Shown piece by piece: positions 34,702 through 45,009 of a stretch of 64,000 nucleotides of DNA; the first letter of the stretch is position 1, and the number at the start of each line of letters is the position of its first letter. The translations under genes and the position numbers were made by a program. The notes below the pieces were generated by a model. It saw only the letters and a program-made list of their open reading frames with translations. It was not told the DNA's origin and did no database searches. This DNA comes from Alkalispirochaeta sp. (GTDB lineage: Bacteria > Spirochaetota > Spirochaetia > DSM-27196 > Alkalispirochaetaceae), in contig CBDESZ010000025.1 in NCBI GenBank assembly GCA_965242725.1, positions 64,001 to 128,000 on the forward strand. Reading direction: 5' to 3'.

Positions 34702-34760
34702 GACTCTTTCTATGACGGGAAAACGGGTCCCGGTGGCGGGGACGCCCGTTTGGGGATAGA

Positions 34761-35501
34761 GTGATTACCATGAAGACGCGACGACGGAATATTCTAATAT
34801 CCCTCATCTGGACGGTGGTGCTGACAATACCGGCTTTTAATGCCGGTGCATTTCAGCTTACCCCCATGAAAATCGAGCTCACCTCACAGGGACCCCGCCG
34901 GTCCACCTCCCTGACGATAGAGAATACCACCCCCGAGGCGATCGCGGTGCAGGTCCGCGTTCTCACCCGGGAGGTCCTGCCCGACGGTTCTGAACGGAAT
35001 GAACCGATGGAGGGTCTCTTTCGCGTCTATCCCTCGCAGATAATCGTTCGGCCCGGTGCGACACAGGTATTGCGCCTCCAGTATGCCGGGCCGCCGGAAA
35101 TCGATGTGGAGCAGGCGTATCGACTGGAAGCACGACAGCTGCCGATCGATGTGGACAATCCCGACGGTGAGACCGCGACGGGGGTCCGTATCGTCCTGCG
35201 CTACCTGGCCACCCTCTATGTGGCGCCTCCCGATGCCGAGGTACGGCTCCACGCATCGGTTCGAAATGTCGACATCGCCGCACACAGCGGTGAACTGGTG
35301 ATTTCCAACCGCGGGACCGCCCACGCCGATCTCATCGGGAGAGCCGTCGTTCTCTCTTCGGGGGAAATGACTGAACGTTTCGTGTTAACTGATTTCGGAG
35401 AGAACTACGCTGCCAGTCTCCCGGCGGGCTTTGCACGGGTCATCCCACTGACCGGAAGGATTCGATTTGAACCGGAAACGGTGGAGATCGTCGCGGAGTA
35501 A
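34761..35501 (+). CDS. Periplasmic fimbrial chaperone (PapD_N-like)
   Basis: Signal peptide; FQLTP, VYPSQIIVRPGATQVLRL, EQAYRL..RQLP, NRGTAH. Confidence 0.88.
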   Translation: MITMKTRRRNILISLIWTVVLTIPAFNAGAFQLTPMKIELTSQGPRRSTSLTIENTTPEAIAVQVRVLTREVLPDGSERNEPMEGLFRVYPSQIIVRPGATQVLRLQYAGPPEIDVEQAYRLEARQLPIDVDNPDGETATGVRIVLRYLATLYVAPPDAEVRLHASVRNVDIAAHSGELVISNRGTAHADLIGRAVVLSSGEMTERFVLTDFGENYAASLPAGFARVIPLTGRIRFEPETVEIVAE

Positions 35502-37892
35502 CCCGACATTCCTCCTCCTCTCTATCTTTCTCTGCACCCTGTCCGGCGGGGTCGTCCACTCCCAGGAGGAGCGGGGAGAGCTCTACAATCGTGTCTTTGG
35601 CGCACCACCTGCGGAGGAATCGGTGGAGCTGACGGTGGGAATCAATGATTTTCCCGCCGGGCAAATTCGCGGAATCACCGATTTTATTTCACTGCGAATT
35701 GACGGACAGCAGCTCATTCAGCTGGTCGCGCCTGTTCTGACGGAAGAGGCATCCCGGGACCTCACCGCGATGATACCCGCAGCGTTCATTGAACCTGAAA
35801 AAGGCGAAGTACTGGGAATTACCCTCTTTCCCGATCTCAATCGACTCCACCTTGATGTTTCAATTCCGCCGGAAATTATGGACGCCCAACCGTTTCGGGA
35901 ACGGACAACGTCGTTGCGGTCGCCGGGGGAGGAACCGGCGCAGGTCAGCGGTTACGTCAATGTTGAAGCTTCGGCGTACATGCAGGAGGGTAGGGACCTG
36001 TTGACCGGAACGGTCACACCGTCGCTCTGGATGCGCGGGTTTGTTGCCCAGGGCGAGGTTTCCCTCTTTCGTCCGCTGGACGGTGACTACCGGAGTGGTG
36101 AGGACGTCGCGACGCTACAGGCATATCGCCTCTTTCGGGATGTTCCTTCCCGGCAGATGCGGCTTTCCCTTGGTACGGTGCAGCCGGTCATGCCCGGACC
36201 GTTCGCAACGGTCGATATTGTCGGGTTTGATGTGGATCGCACCATTACAATGGACCCTGAGGACCGTCTTTTGGCTCAGCGGGAGTTTCGCTTCACCGCC
36301 GATGATCCCGGGGTCTATCGCGTGTCGGTCAATGATCGTCTCGTTGCAAACCGTCGCGTTCCCACCGGTTCCTACGTCATCGAGGATCTGCGTCTGCAGC
36401 ACGGTCTCAACCGCGTTACCGTGCAGCCCGGAAGAAGTGAACTCGTTCCATGGTCACCGCGCCTCGTCTCGCAGGGAAAACACGTATTTCGCATAAGCGC
36501 GGGTGTGTATCGTCCCGACCTGGAGCGCCCCGCGGCGACGGGGTACTGGCTGTGGGGTGTTCATCCCCAGGTAACGGTCGGGGCGATCGGGCAGGTGGAC
36601 GACGACAACGGCGCATTTGGTGTGAACGGGCGATTTGCCACCGCGGCGGGAACAACGGAAGCGACCGTCGCCGGAAGTCGGGCCGATGTGTCCGGGCTCG
36701 CCCTCTCCGCGGACCACGCCCTCTCGTTGCCGCTCTTTCCCCGGGCTCCCTCCCTGTCCTTCGGTGGCGAACTCTACGGCGAAGGGTACCGCTTTCTTGA
36801 CGATGAAGGGGATCTTCCACCCTCCCGACCGCAGCGGGTGCTGTACGGTACGGTGGGGTATGAAATTGAAGAAGGCCCCCGTTTTTCCCTTTCCGCGCGA
36901 TGGCGCACGCCGTATGACGGCAGTGAAAGGACTTCCGCGGTACTCTCCGTGCACCAGGGTATCGGTCGGGCGGGATCTCTGAGTGCCCGCATCGGCCCGG
37001 AGTGGCAGGACGGTACGATCCGTGGAGCGGGGCAATTTTCCTGCGATTTACCCCCGGGGCGGGGAATGTCGCTTCGTCGGTTACCTACAACGTCACCGAC
37101 GGTTCTGCTTCGGTATCTCTCTATCCGCAGCCCCGATCGGGTATAACCCGATTCAGCTGGAACGCCCAGGTTTCCGGTTTCGACCGCTCCCGCTCGGCCG
37201 TCGATACGGCGACGGCGCGGTTTGCCTATGAAGGGTATCGCTATCGCGTTGCCGCTGCTCCACGCCTCCTTGTGGACCTCGAGACGGGAGAGGCACAGAC
37301 GCGTGCCACCCTGGACGCCGCCTCGGCGGTCGTCTTTGCCGGCAGAAGCGTGGCGATTTCCACGCCGGTCCGCGGCGGTTTTGCACTCTTTGTGCCGCGC
37401 AGCACAATTGCGGGTCACGATGTCGGTGTACAGCCCGTGGGAGACGACTACCGGTCGAAGGTCGGCACAATGCCCGGTGTCATTTCCAGCCTCAGGCCGT
37501 ACCGGCCGAACGTGATCGCACTGGACGGGACGTCGTTGCCCGAGGGGCTGTCCCTGGGGAGGTCATCCTATCTCTTTCATCCTGTGGAGGGAGCGGGGTA
37601 TCGTGTCGTCATCGGCAGCGAGGCAACCGTCTATGTCACGGGGATACTGGTGGATAGGTTCAATCGCCATCTCGGTCTGGCCGTGGGGCGGGCGGTGGAC
37701 GCATCAGGGCGGGAGCAGCTGTTTTTCACCGATGAGTCGGGATATTTTGAGATACACGAGTTGCAGCCGGGCCGATACCGCCTCGTCATCGGGAAAGAAC
37801 AATCGTATGCGGCACAAATTGAAATTCCGTCCGGTCAAAGCGGTCATGTACCGCTGGGACCGGTAGTGGCAGAGAGGGAAGGAGAACAATGA
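35467..37892 (+). CDS. Outer-membrane fimbrial usher (split by an apparent 1-nt deletion at ~37021)
   Basis: ORFs 35467..37146 and 37002..37892 join to ~808 aa. Usher-like segments VSVNDRLV..RRVPTGSYVIEDL.L.HGLN.V, AISTPVRGGFALF, LRPYRPNVI.LD...LPEG and FFTDESGYF...LQPGRY. Confidence 0.82.
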
Positions 37893-38866
37893 GGAAAAGA
37901 AATCTGCAATCAACAGGCTCAATGCGATTGGTTCTGGCTGCCGTCTCCATTTTGATGTTTTTCTGCAACCTTCCTTCCACCACGATGGCGCAATCCCTCT
38001 CGATATCTGCTTCTCCTTCGTCTGTGTATCTGCCCTGGTCTCTGGAGGGGGGGATCACTGAACCGCTTGAAATAAACGTTTCCCATTCCGGTGCGGAGAC
38101 TGAGTATTTCCTAACCGTATCACGGGGAGACAATTACAGTTTTGATCCGCGGTATTTGGACAACGGCCTCTGGGCGTGGTGGTGGCGGGCGTACCTGCCC
38201 TATATGGTCATGACTCCCGAGGGGGGCATCGCAAAGGACCTTTCCACCTCCCTGCAGGGGAATAACGTCATATCCGGGAGCTTTGACGCCTCGTCGCAGC
38301 AACAATCGGCGGCACACACCTTTACGGTGTTTCTGCGGGACGAAACGTTTCAGCGGTATGACGACTATTCCGATCGTCTGGAAGTGACTCTGTATGAAGG
38401 TTCCTATCACAATCCCGGCAGTGCCGTTGCCCGGGATAGACGGGCCGTTACTATTTCCACAATTGTGCCGCAACTGTATGAAATACGCCTCGTCTCTCCC
38501 GGCGCGCCCCCCGGGTCATACGGCGGCGGGTACGATCTGTTTCTCGATGATCTCGAGGACGGCGCAACGGGAAGTGTGGACATTCTCTATCGTACCAACA
38601 TGTTGTTCTCGCTGGAGGCGTCCAGTCAGAACGGCGGCAGGCTTGTATCCGACGGCGGGGAGCGTATTCCCTATACGATGAGGACGTCGGGAAGATACCG
38701 CTCATTCAATCTGAGAAAGACGGAGCGGCTGATTCATTTCGGGTTTCCCACGGGGGTTGAATTCAGGCGCGAAACGCTGACCGTTGAGGTTGAGGCTTCA
38801 GACGTCCGTGGGCAGCCGCCGGGGTACTATACCGATGTCGTCACCTTCGACATCATCGCGAAATAG
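37889..38866 (+). CDS. Two-domain pilus tip adhesin/minor subunit
   Basis: Signal peptide; two pilin-like domains ending DDYSDRLEVTLY and PGYYTDVVTFDI; TN..FSL.ASS.NGG resembles the pilin; overlaps the usher stop (ATGA). Confidence 0.7.
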   Translation: MRKRNLQSTGSMRLVLAAVSILMFFCNLPSTTMAQSLSISASPSSVYLPWSLEGGITEPLEINVSHSGAETEYFLTVSRGDNYSFDPRYLDNGLWAWWWRAYLPYMVMTPEGGIAKDLSTSLQGNNVISGSFDASSQQQSAAHTFTVFLRDETFQRYDDYSDRLEVTLYEGSYHNPGSAVARDRRAVTISTIVPQLYEIRLVSPGAPPGSYGGGYDLFLDDLEDGATGSVDILYRTNMLFSLEASSQNGGRLVSDGGERIPYTMRTSGRYRSFNLRKTERLIHFGFPTGVEFRRETLTVEVEASDVRGQPPGYYTDVVTFDIIAK

Positions 38867-38921
38867 CCCGGGACGGCTGTCCGCCGGATTGCATTCGCCG
38901 CCCAATATTCCTCCCGGCGCG

Positions 38922-39746
38922 CTATCGCCTCTTTCCCAGGGTCAACGCCAGGGCGACACCCGCTCCCGCAGCTACGAGATCACCAACTCCTGAGAGCACC
39001 GTTGATATTCCCGGCCAGATGCCTACGATCGACCCCGCAACGAGGCCGAGAATGAACCAGTAGGTGCGGCGCCGATGTCGGGTGATGAGGAAATTCATCC
39101 CTTTGCTCACGACAACGATACCGAGACCTGCTCCGACAAGCAGCACCGCGAGGACGGGCATGTTGCCCTGCCGGACCGCCTGTAGAAAGGTGCTGTACAT
39201 TCCGATGACGAGGAGAACGAAGGAACCGCTGACTCCGGGAATGATCATCGTACCGGTGGCGATGATTCCCGCACCGACGAGAGGGACGATCGTCGCGGCG
39301 GAGACGGCGGTGATGGCGACACCCATGGGCGGCGTGCCCATGAGACTTTGCACAACCAGTACCCCGAAGGCAATCAGCGCAATTCCGATATCCACGGCGG
39401 ACTTCGGCTCGTCTCGGACCTGTCCGTAAATGAAGGGCAGGCTGCCCGCAATGAGACCGACAAAGAAGAAAAAGGTCTGTTCCGGAGCGGAGGTGAGGCC
39501 GACGTCGATGACCCAGGCAAATCCCGCTATACCGAGAAATACGCCGCCCAGAACGGGAAGGAGAAAGAGAATGTGTTCTTTCCACTCCCGGGAGAAGACG
39601 TTTCCGACGGCGTTGATGAGCCGGTCATAGATGCCGGTGACCACCGCGATGGTGCCGCCGCTCACCCCCGGAACGGTATTGGCCGCGCCGATCGCAACCC
39701 CCCGGAGGAGATTCCCGATTGTCCTTCGTACCGCTTTGGCGTTCAT
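38922..39746 (-). CDS. DUF368 membrane protein (putative undecaprenyl-phosphate translocase, PopT-like)
   Basis: Two copies of PGVSG(G/S) (ANTVPGVSGGTIA; MIIPGVSGS), multi-TM. Confidence 0.9.
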   Translation of the reverse strand: MNAKAVRRTIGNLLRGVAIGAANTVPGVSGGTIAVVTGIYDRLINAVGNVFSREWKEHILFLLPVLGGVFLGIAGFAWVIDVGLTSAPEQTFFFFVGLIAGSLPFIYGQVRDEPKSAVDIGIALIAFGVLVVQSLMGTPPMGVAITAVSAATIVPLVGAGIIATGTMIIPGVSGSFVLLVIGMYSTFLQAVRQGNMPVLAVLLVGAGLGIVVVSKGMNFLITRHRRRTYWFILGLVAGSIVGIWPGISTVLSGVGDLVAAGAGVALALTLGKRR

Positions 39747-39898
39747 AGAGGGGGAGGGTACACCAAATCCGCCGTTGCGAGAATGTCCCGCCACGCTGAA
39801 ACGGTCGGATTTCCCGCCGGCGCAATTTCATACTAAAATACTAATAAATACCTGACGGAATTTATCGAGGCATAATCGGTGGTTTATCGTGAATGTCG

Positions 39899-39927
39899 TT
39901 GCAATAACCCGTTCCCTCATATATACT
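39899..39927 (+). promoter_or_regulatory. Putative sigma-70 promoter of the rseC-rnf operon
   Basis: TTGCAA-17 bp-TATACT. Confidence 0.6.
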
Positions 39928-39963
39928 ACCACCCATACATCACATCCCACACGGGGCAAAATA

Positions 39964-40419
39964 ATGAACCACACAGACAATCAATGTCGGGTAGTAAGCC
40001 GTAACGGACGTGTCATTTCCGTGTCCGGCAGCACCGCAGATATAGAAATCATACAGTCCGGGGCGTGCGCCCATTGTTCAATAAAAGGGGTTTGCGCAGC
40101 CGGTGATACCAAGGCAAAGACCGTGAGGGTTTCCCACAACGGCGCCCTCTCACCGAATATGAACGTCCGCCTCGACATGGAGGAGCGATTTGGCTGGGTG
40201 GGGGTGGTATTTGCCTTCGTCCTGCCCCTGATCATCGTCGTGACGGCGCTCTTCACACTTCGGTCGATCGTCGGGTCCGAAGAACGTGCCGCGCTGGCGG
40301 GTCTCGGCCTGCTCGCTCCCTATTACGGGTTCCTGTACCTCACCAAAGATTACTTCGTCAAATTGATACGGTTTCACGCAATACCATTGTCAGCTCTGCA
40401 TAAGGAAGGTTTACAGTGA
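39964..40419 (+). CDS. rseC: RseC/MucC-family (SoxR reducing system) protein
   Basis: GACAHCSIKGVC Cys motif, two TM segments, directly upstream of rnfB. Confidence 0.8.
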   Translation: MNHTDNQCRVVSRNGRVISVSGSTADIEIIQSGACAHCSIKGVCAAGDTKAKTVRVSHNGALSPNMNVRLDMEERFGWVGVVFAFVLPLIIVVTALFTLRSIVGSEERAALAGLGLLAPYYGFLYLTKDYFVKLIRFHAIPLSALHKEGLQ

Positions 40420-41294
40420 GTCAGATAGTCATATATTCCGTCCTGACCCTCGGCATCGCCGCCGCGGCGTTTGCGACGATATTGTATATCACGGCGCGCA
40501 AGTTCGCCGTGGAAGAAGATCCCCGCGTCTCGGAAGTCTCGGAGATGCTTCCGGGAATCAATTGCGGAGCCTGCGGTTTTCCGGGGTGCCCCGGAATGGC
40601 GGCCGCCCTCGTGGAATCCGCGGACACCGGAGATATTTCCCATCTCAACTGTCCCCCCGGAGGACAGGAGACGATGAAAAGGATCGGGGAATACTTCGGA
40701 CTGGACGCCGGTACCGCCAAGCCGACGGTTGCAGTGCTGCGTTGCGGCGGCAGTTGCGAACTTGCGCCGGCAAAATCGACGTATGACGGACCGAAAAGCT
40801 GCGTCGTCGCCCACGGCACCTTTGCCGGCGAGAGCGGTTGTCCCTTCGGATGTCTCATGCACGGTGATTGCGAAGTTGCCTGTCCCTTTGACGCCATTTC
40901 CATGGACCCCGTGACGGGCCTTCCCGTGGTGGACCAGGAGAAGTGCACAAGTTGCGGCGCCTGTGTGACCGCGTGTCCCCGCAACCTCTTTGAGATTCGC
41001 CCGATAGGGCGACGCAGTCGCCGCGTCTACGTCAACTGTCAGAATACCGAGTCGGCGGTGGTGGCAAAGAAGAACTGTGCCGTCGCGTGCATCGGCTGCG
41101 GCCTGTGCAAGAAAACGTGCGACAACATCGTTCAGGCGATTACCGTGGAAAACAATCTCGCCTATATCGACCCGGACAAATGCATCGCCTGCGGTCAATG
41201 CGTCCCGGTCTGTCCGACCAATGCGATCGTGGCAACCTTTGAACCGCCGAAACCGAAACCGAAAAAAACGGAAAAGGAACCGGCTGCAACCTAA
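40416..41294 (+). CDS. rnfB: Rnf complex subunit B
   Basis: LPGINCGACGFPGC plus multiple CxxCxxCxxxCP ferredoxin motifs. Confidence 0.95.
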   Translation: MSQIVIYSVLTLGIAAAAFATILYITARKFAVEEDPRVSEVSEMLPGINCGACGFPGCPGMAAALVESADTGDISHLNCPPGGQETMKRIGEYFGLDAGTAKPTVAVLRCGGSCELAPAKSTYDGPKSCVVAHGTFAGESGCPFGCLMHGDCEVACPFDAISMDPVTGLPVVDQEKCTSCGACVTACPRNLFEIRPIGRRSRRVYVNCQNTESAVVAKKNCAVACIGCGLCKKTCDNIVQAITVENNLAYIDPDKCIACGQCVPVCPTNAIVATFEPPKPKPKKTEKEPAAT

Positions 41295-41318
41295 CGCAAC
41301 GGAGATCGAGGAGCATAC

Positions 41319-42704
41319 ATGAAGGGACTAAAGACCTTTGAAATCGGCGGAGTCCATCCGCCGGAGAATAAACTGACCGCCCATATGGCAATTCAGACCC
41401 TTTCGCCTCCCAAGCAGGTCGCCATTCCCGTGTCACAGCATATCGGGAAACCGGCGGAACTCGTCGTGGAACGGGGCGCAGAGGTAAAGGTGGGAACGCT
41501 GCTGGCGAAGGCGGCGGGATTCATCTCCGCCCCCGTGCATTCAAGTGTTTCGGGCAAGGTGAAGAAGATCGACACCGTCGTCGATGCCCAGGGGTATCGA
41601 CGACAGGCGGTCCTGATCACCGTGGACGGCGACGAATGGGAGCCTGAAATAGACGCCACCGATGAGCTCAGGGAAGACGTATCCGCCACGGCGCAGGAGA
41701 TCGTGAAAGCTATCGCCGACGCCGGTGTCGTAGGCGCCGGCGGCGCGACATTTCCGACGGCGGTGAAGTACTCAATACCTGAGGGAAAAAAGGTGGACAC
41801 CCTCATCATAAACGGTGTCGAGTGCGAACCCTACCTCACGGCGGACCACCGGATCATGCTCGAGCAGGCGGATGAGCTGATTGTGGGAACGAGAATTCTC
41901 ATGCGTGCCGTTGGAGTTTCGTCCGCATGGATCGGCATTGAAAACAACAAGCCCGACGCAATCGATCACCTCGCGACGGTGCTGGCAAAGAAGAAAGCCG
42001 ACGGTGCCATACCGGAAGGAACTATTGAAGTGCTCCCTCTGGAGGTCAAGTATCCTCAGGGCGGTGAAAAGCAGCTCATCAAGGCCGCCACGGGACGGGA
42101 AGTTCCAAGCGGCAAGCTCCCCCTCGATGTGGGGTGCGTTGTGAGCAACGTAAGCACAACCATTGCCGTCTACCAGGCGGTCCAGAAAAAGCGTCCCTTC
42201 ATCGAGCGGATCGTAACGGTAACGGGGAAACAACTGGTGGCCGCCGGACGGGGCGGCAATTTCAGGGTGCGCATCGGTACACCCCTCCAGGAGCTGGTCG
42301 ACGCCGTCGGCGGAATGCCCGAGGGAACCGGCAAAGTCGTCATGGGCGGTCCGATGACGGGTAAGAGCATTACCAGTTTTGATGTTCCCGTCACCAAGGG
42401 ATCGGGCGGTCTCATTTTTATCGACAACGGCGAAGCGCGGCGTCTGGCGGTGCAGAACTGCATCCGCTGCTCCCGGTGCGTCGGAGCGTGTCCCATGGGA
42501 CTTGAACCGTACCTCCTGGAAAAACTTGTTCAGGCCCAGCAATGGGAAGAGGCCGAACGGGAAGGCGTCATGGACTGTATCGAATGTGGAAGCTGTAATT
42601 TTACCTGCCCCTCCAATCGGCCTATCCTTGACTGGATTCGCCTTGGAAAAGCGCAGGTCGGGGCGATGCAACGTGCCCGAGCCGCCGCGCGGGCGGGAAA
42701 GTAA
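41319..42704 (+). CDS. rnfC: Rnf complex subunit C
   Basis: GGVHPPENK, GGATFPT, NGVECEPYLTAD, KYPQGGEKQL, CIRCSRC and CIECGSC. Confidence 0.97.
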   Translation: MKGLKTFEIGGVHPPENKLTAHMAIQTLSPPKQVAIPVSQHIGKPAELVVERGAEVKVGTLLAKAAGFISAPVHSSVSGKVKKIDTVVDAQGYRRQAVLITVDGDEWEPEIDATDELREDVSATAQEIVKAIADAGVVGAGGATFPTAVKYSIPEGKKVDTLIINGVECEPYLTADHRIMLEQADELIVGTRILMRAVGVSSAWIGIENNKPDAIDHLATVLAKKKADGAIPEGTIEVLPLEVKYPQGGEKQLIKAATGREVPSGKLPLDVGCVVSNVSTTIAVYQAVQKKRPFIERIVTVTGKQLVAAGRGGNFRVRIGTPLQELVDAVGGMPEGTGKVVMGGPMTGKSITSFDVPVTKGSGGLIFIDNGEARRLAVQNCIRCSRCVGACPMGLEPYLLEKLVQAQQWEEAEREGVMDCIECGSCNFTCPSNRPILDWIRLGKAQVGAMQRARAAARAGK

Positions 42705-42714
42705 GCGAGGAGCT

Positions 42715-43752
42715 ATGAGTAATAGAGAAGCAACACGCGACGGTCTTGTCGTCGCATTGCCGCCTCACGAGCGGAGCGACGTATCGGTAGCCCGGATCAT
42801 GTGGTCCGTGGTTCTGGCGCTGCTGCCCGCCACGCTCGCCGGGGTGATATTTTACGGCATCCGGGCGTTGACGGTGACACTGGTCGCAGTCGGTGCGTCG
42901 GTCCTGGTTGAGCATGTGATCGTCCGCTACGTCTTTAAAAAGGAGACGACAAGCGTCGGAGACGGTTCCGCCGTCGTGACGGGAATGCTCCTGGCATTCA
43001 ATGTTCCCGCGGGAATTCCCCTGTGGCAGGTCATCGTGGGGGCCGTCGTCGCCATCGGCGTCGCCAAGATGGCCTTCGGCGGCATCGGGAACAACCCCTT
43101 CAACCCCGCCCTGGTGGGACGGGCATTCATGCTTGTGAGTTTTCCGGTTGACATGACGACATGGCCCGTACCGGGGGCGCACTCCTTTTTCTCGTGGAAC
43201 ATCGATTCCATAACGGGTGCAACACCGCTCGGTCTCGTGAAGGAAGCGGGCGGGGGAGGACTTGCCGCGGTGGCGGATCAGCTGCCGACATACACGCAGC
43301 TCTTTCTCGGAAATATCGGCGGGTGTATCGGGGAAGTCAGTGCCGTTGCCGTGCTCATCGGCGGCATCTACCTCGTCTGGAAGGGGTACATCCCCTGGAT
43401 GGTACCCCTCGTCTATCTCGGCGGTCTCGCCCTCGTTACGGGCATCGCCTGGATGATCGATCCGGCGACCTATATCGACCCGCTCTACCACATCCTGGCA
43501 GGCGGCGCGATGCTTGGAGCGTGGTTTATGGTCACCGATATGACCACCTCGCCGATGTCCATCCCGGGCCGCATCGTCTTTGCGGCGGCCGCGGGAATCC
43601 TGGCGGGTGTGATCCGGCTCTTTGGCGGGTTCCCCGAAGGGGTGAGCTATTCCATTCTCATCATGAACGCATTTGTGCCCGTCATCGACCGCCACCTGAA
43701 GCCACGAAAGTTCGGCTATCGACCGGTGAAACAGCAAAAAGGAGGCGCGTGA
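42715..43752 (+). CDS. rnfD: Rnf complex subunit D
   Basis: FGGIGNNPFNPA, ITGATPL (FMN-Thr), TDMTTSP. Confidence 0.95.
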   Translation: MSNREATRDGLVVALPPHERSDVSVARIMWSVVLALLPATLAGVIFYGIRALTVTLVAVGASVLVEHVIVRYVFKKETTSVGDGSAVVTGMLLAFNVPAGIPLWQVIVGAVVAIGVAKMAFGGIGNNPFNPALVGRAFMLVSFPVDMTTWPVPGAHSFFSWNIDSITGATPLGLVKEAGGGGLAAVADQLPTYTQLFLGNIGGCIGEVSAVAVLIGGIYLVWKGYIPWMVPLVYLGGLALVTGIAWMIDPATYIDPLYHILAGGAMLGAWFMVTDMTTSPMSIPGRIVFAAAAGILAGVIRLFGGFPEGVSYSILIMNAFVPVIDRHLKPRKFGYRPVKQQKGGA

Positions 43753-44324
43753 TGAAGCGACTGGAATCGACGTTGCTGAACATGTTCCTTGTTCTCACCG
43801 TTATCGCCCTCATTTCGGCGGCGGCGCTGGCCGCGACGTACAACGTTACCAGGCCGATTCTTGACGAACAGGCCCGTCAGCGACAGATAGAGGCAGTTAC
43901 CACGGTCATTCCCGTTCCGTTTGACAACGCTCCGACGGAAGAGGCGCTGTCGCCGACTGACTATCCGGGGATCGAGATATACCCCGCCCGTCAGGGTGGT
44001 CAACCGGTCGGTACGGCCGTCCGGAGTTACAGCAACGACGGGTACGGGGGAACGATTACCATTATGGTCGGCTTTGATCAGGACGGTGCGGTCACCGGTA
44101 CCGCCGTTCTTTCCCATATGGAAACACCGGGACTCGGCGCCAAGATGACGGAGGAGAGTTTCCGCAGCCAGTTTCAGGGAAAGACGGTGAATGACGGGCT
44201 GGCGGTCCGGAAGGACGGCGGCGAGATCGACTCGTTGACCGCCGCAACGATTACGTCCCGCGCCTTTTGCGACGCAATCAATCGGGCGTGGAGCGCCGTT
44301 GAAGCGGCAGGAGGTGAACTATGA
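43752..44324 (+). CDS. rnfG: Rnf complex subunit G
   Basis: One N-terminal TM; GYGGTI, ETPGLG, TAATITS FMN-binding motif. Confidence 0.95.
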   Translation: MKRLESTLLNMFLVLTVIALISAAALAATYNVTRPILDEQARQRQIEAVTTVIPVPFDNAPTEEALSPTDYPGIEIYPARQGGQPVGTAVRSYSNDGYGGTITIMVGFDQDGAVTGTAVLSHMETPGLGAKMTEESFRSQFQGKTVNDGLAVRKDGGEIDSLTAATITSRAFCDAINRAWSAVEAAGGEL

Positions 44325-44989
44325 GCGACACAAGTTTGAAAAGGGAGTTCTTCAAGGGCTTCCTGAAAGAGAATCCTGTTTTTGTTTTGCTGCTGGGTAT
44401 GTGTCCCACCCTGGGAGTGACCTCCAGCGCAATCAACGGACTCGGTATGGGGCTGGCCACGACGGTAGTCCTCCTGGGCAGCAATATCGTGGTAGCTCTG
44501 GTGAAGGACCTTATCCCCGAGAAGGTGCGTATTCCCGCCTTTATCGTCATTATCGCGAGTTTCGTGACCATCATCGACCTCACTATGGCGGCGTACGTAC
44601 CGACGTTGCATGCCCAGCTGGGGCTCTTCATTCCCCTGATCGTCGTTAACTGTATCATTCTCGGCCGTGCCGAGGCGTTTGCAAGTAAAAATACCGTCAT
44701 CGCGTCGGTCGTTGATGGTCTCGGAATGGGGCTCGGCTTCAGTTTCGCCCTGACCCTTCTCGGCGCCGTCCGGGAGATTCTTGGCGCCGGCGCGATTTTC
44801 GACCTGCCTATTCCCGTCCTTTCCGATAACCCCATGCTGGTATTTGTCATGCCTCCGGGAGCGTTTCTCGCTTTGGGTTTTCTCATCGCCGGGGTAAACA
44901 CACTTCGTGAAAAGGTTGAAGAGCTGGCCGAGCGGAAGGCGACCTCCGTCGCGGCAGAGACGCCGCAGAAAACGGGAGCCGGCGCATAG
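44321..44989 (+). CDS. rnfE: Rnf complex subunit E
   Basis: [29 protein letters not shown]. Confidence 0.95.
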   Translation: MSDTSLKREFFKGFLKENPVFVLLLGMCPTLGVTSSAINGLGMGLATTVVLLGSNIVVALVKDLIPEKVRIPAFIVIIASFVTIIDLTMAAYVPTLHAQLGLFIPLIVVNCIILGRAEAFASKNTVIASVVDGLGMGLGFSFALTLLGAVREILGAGAIFDLPIPVLSDNPMLVFVMPPGAFLALGFLIAGVNTLREKVEELAERKATSVAAETPQKTGAGA

Positions 44990-45009
44990 CGCCGAAAAGG
45001 AGAAGAGTT

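Noticed and set aside
42379..43751. Long N-terminal extensions of rnfD and rnfG in the ORF track
   Set aside because: They overlap upstream genes; SD-preceded starts at 42715 and 43752 fit the family lengths.
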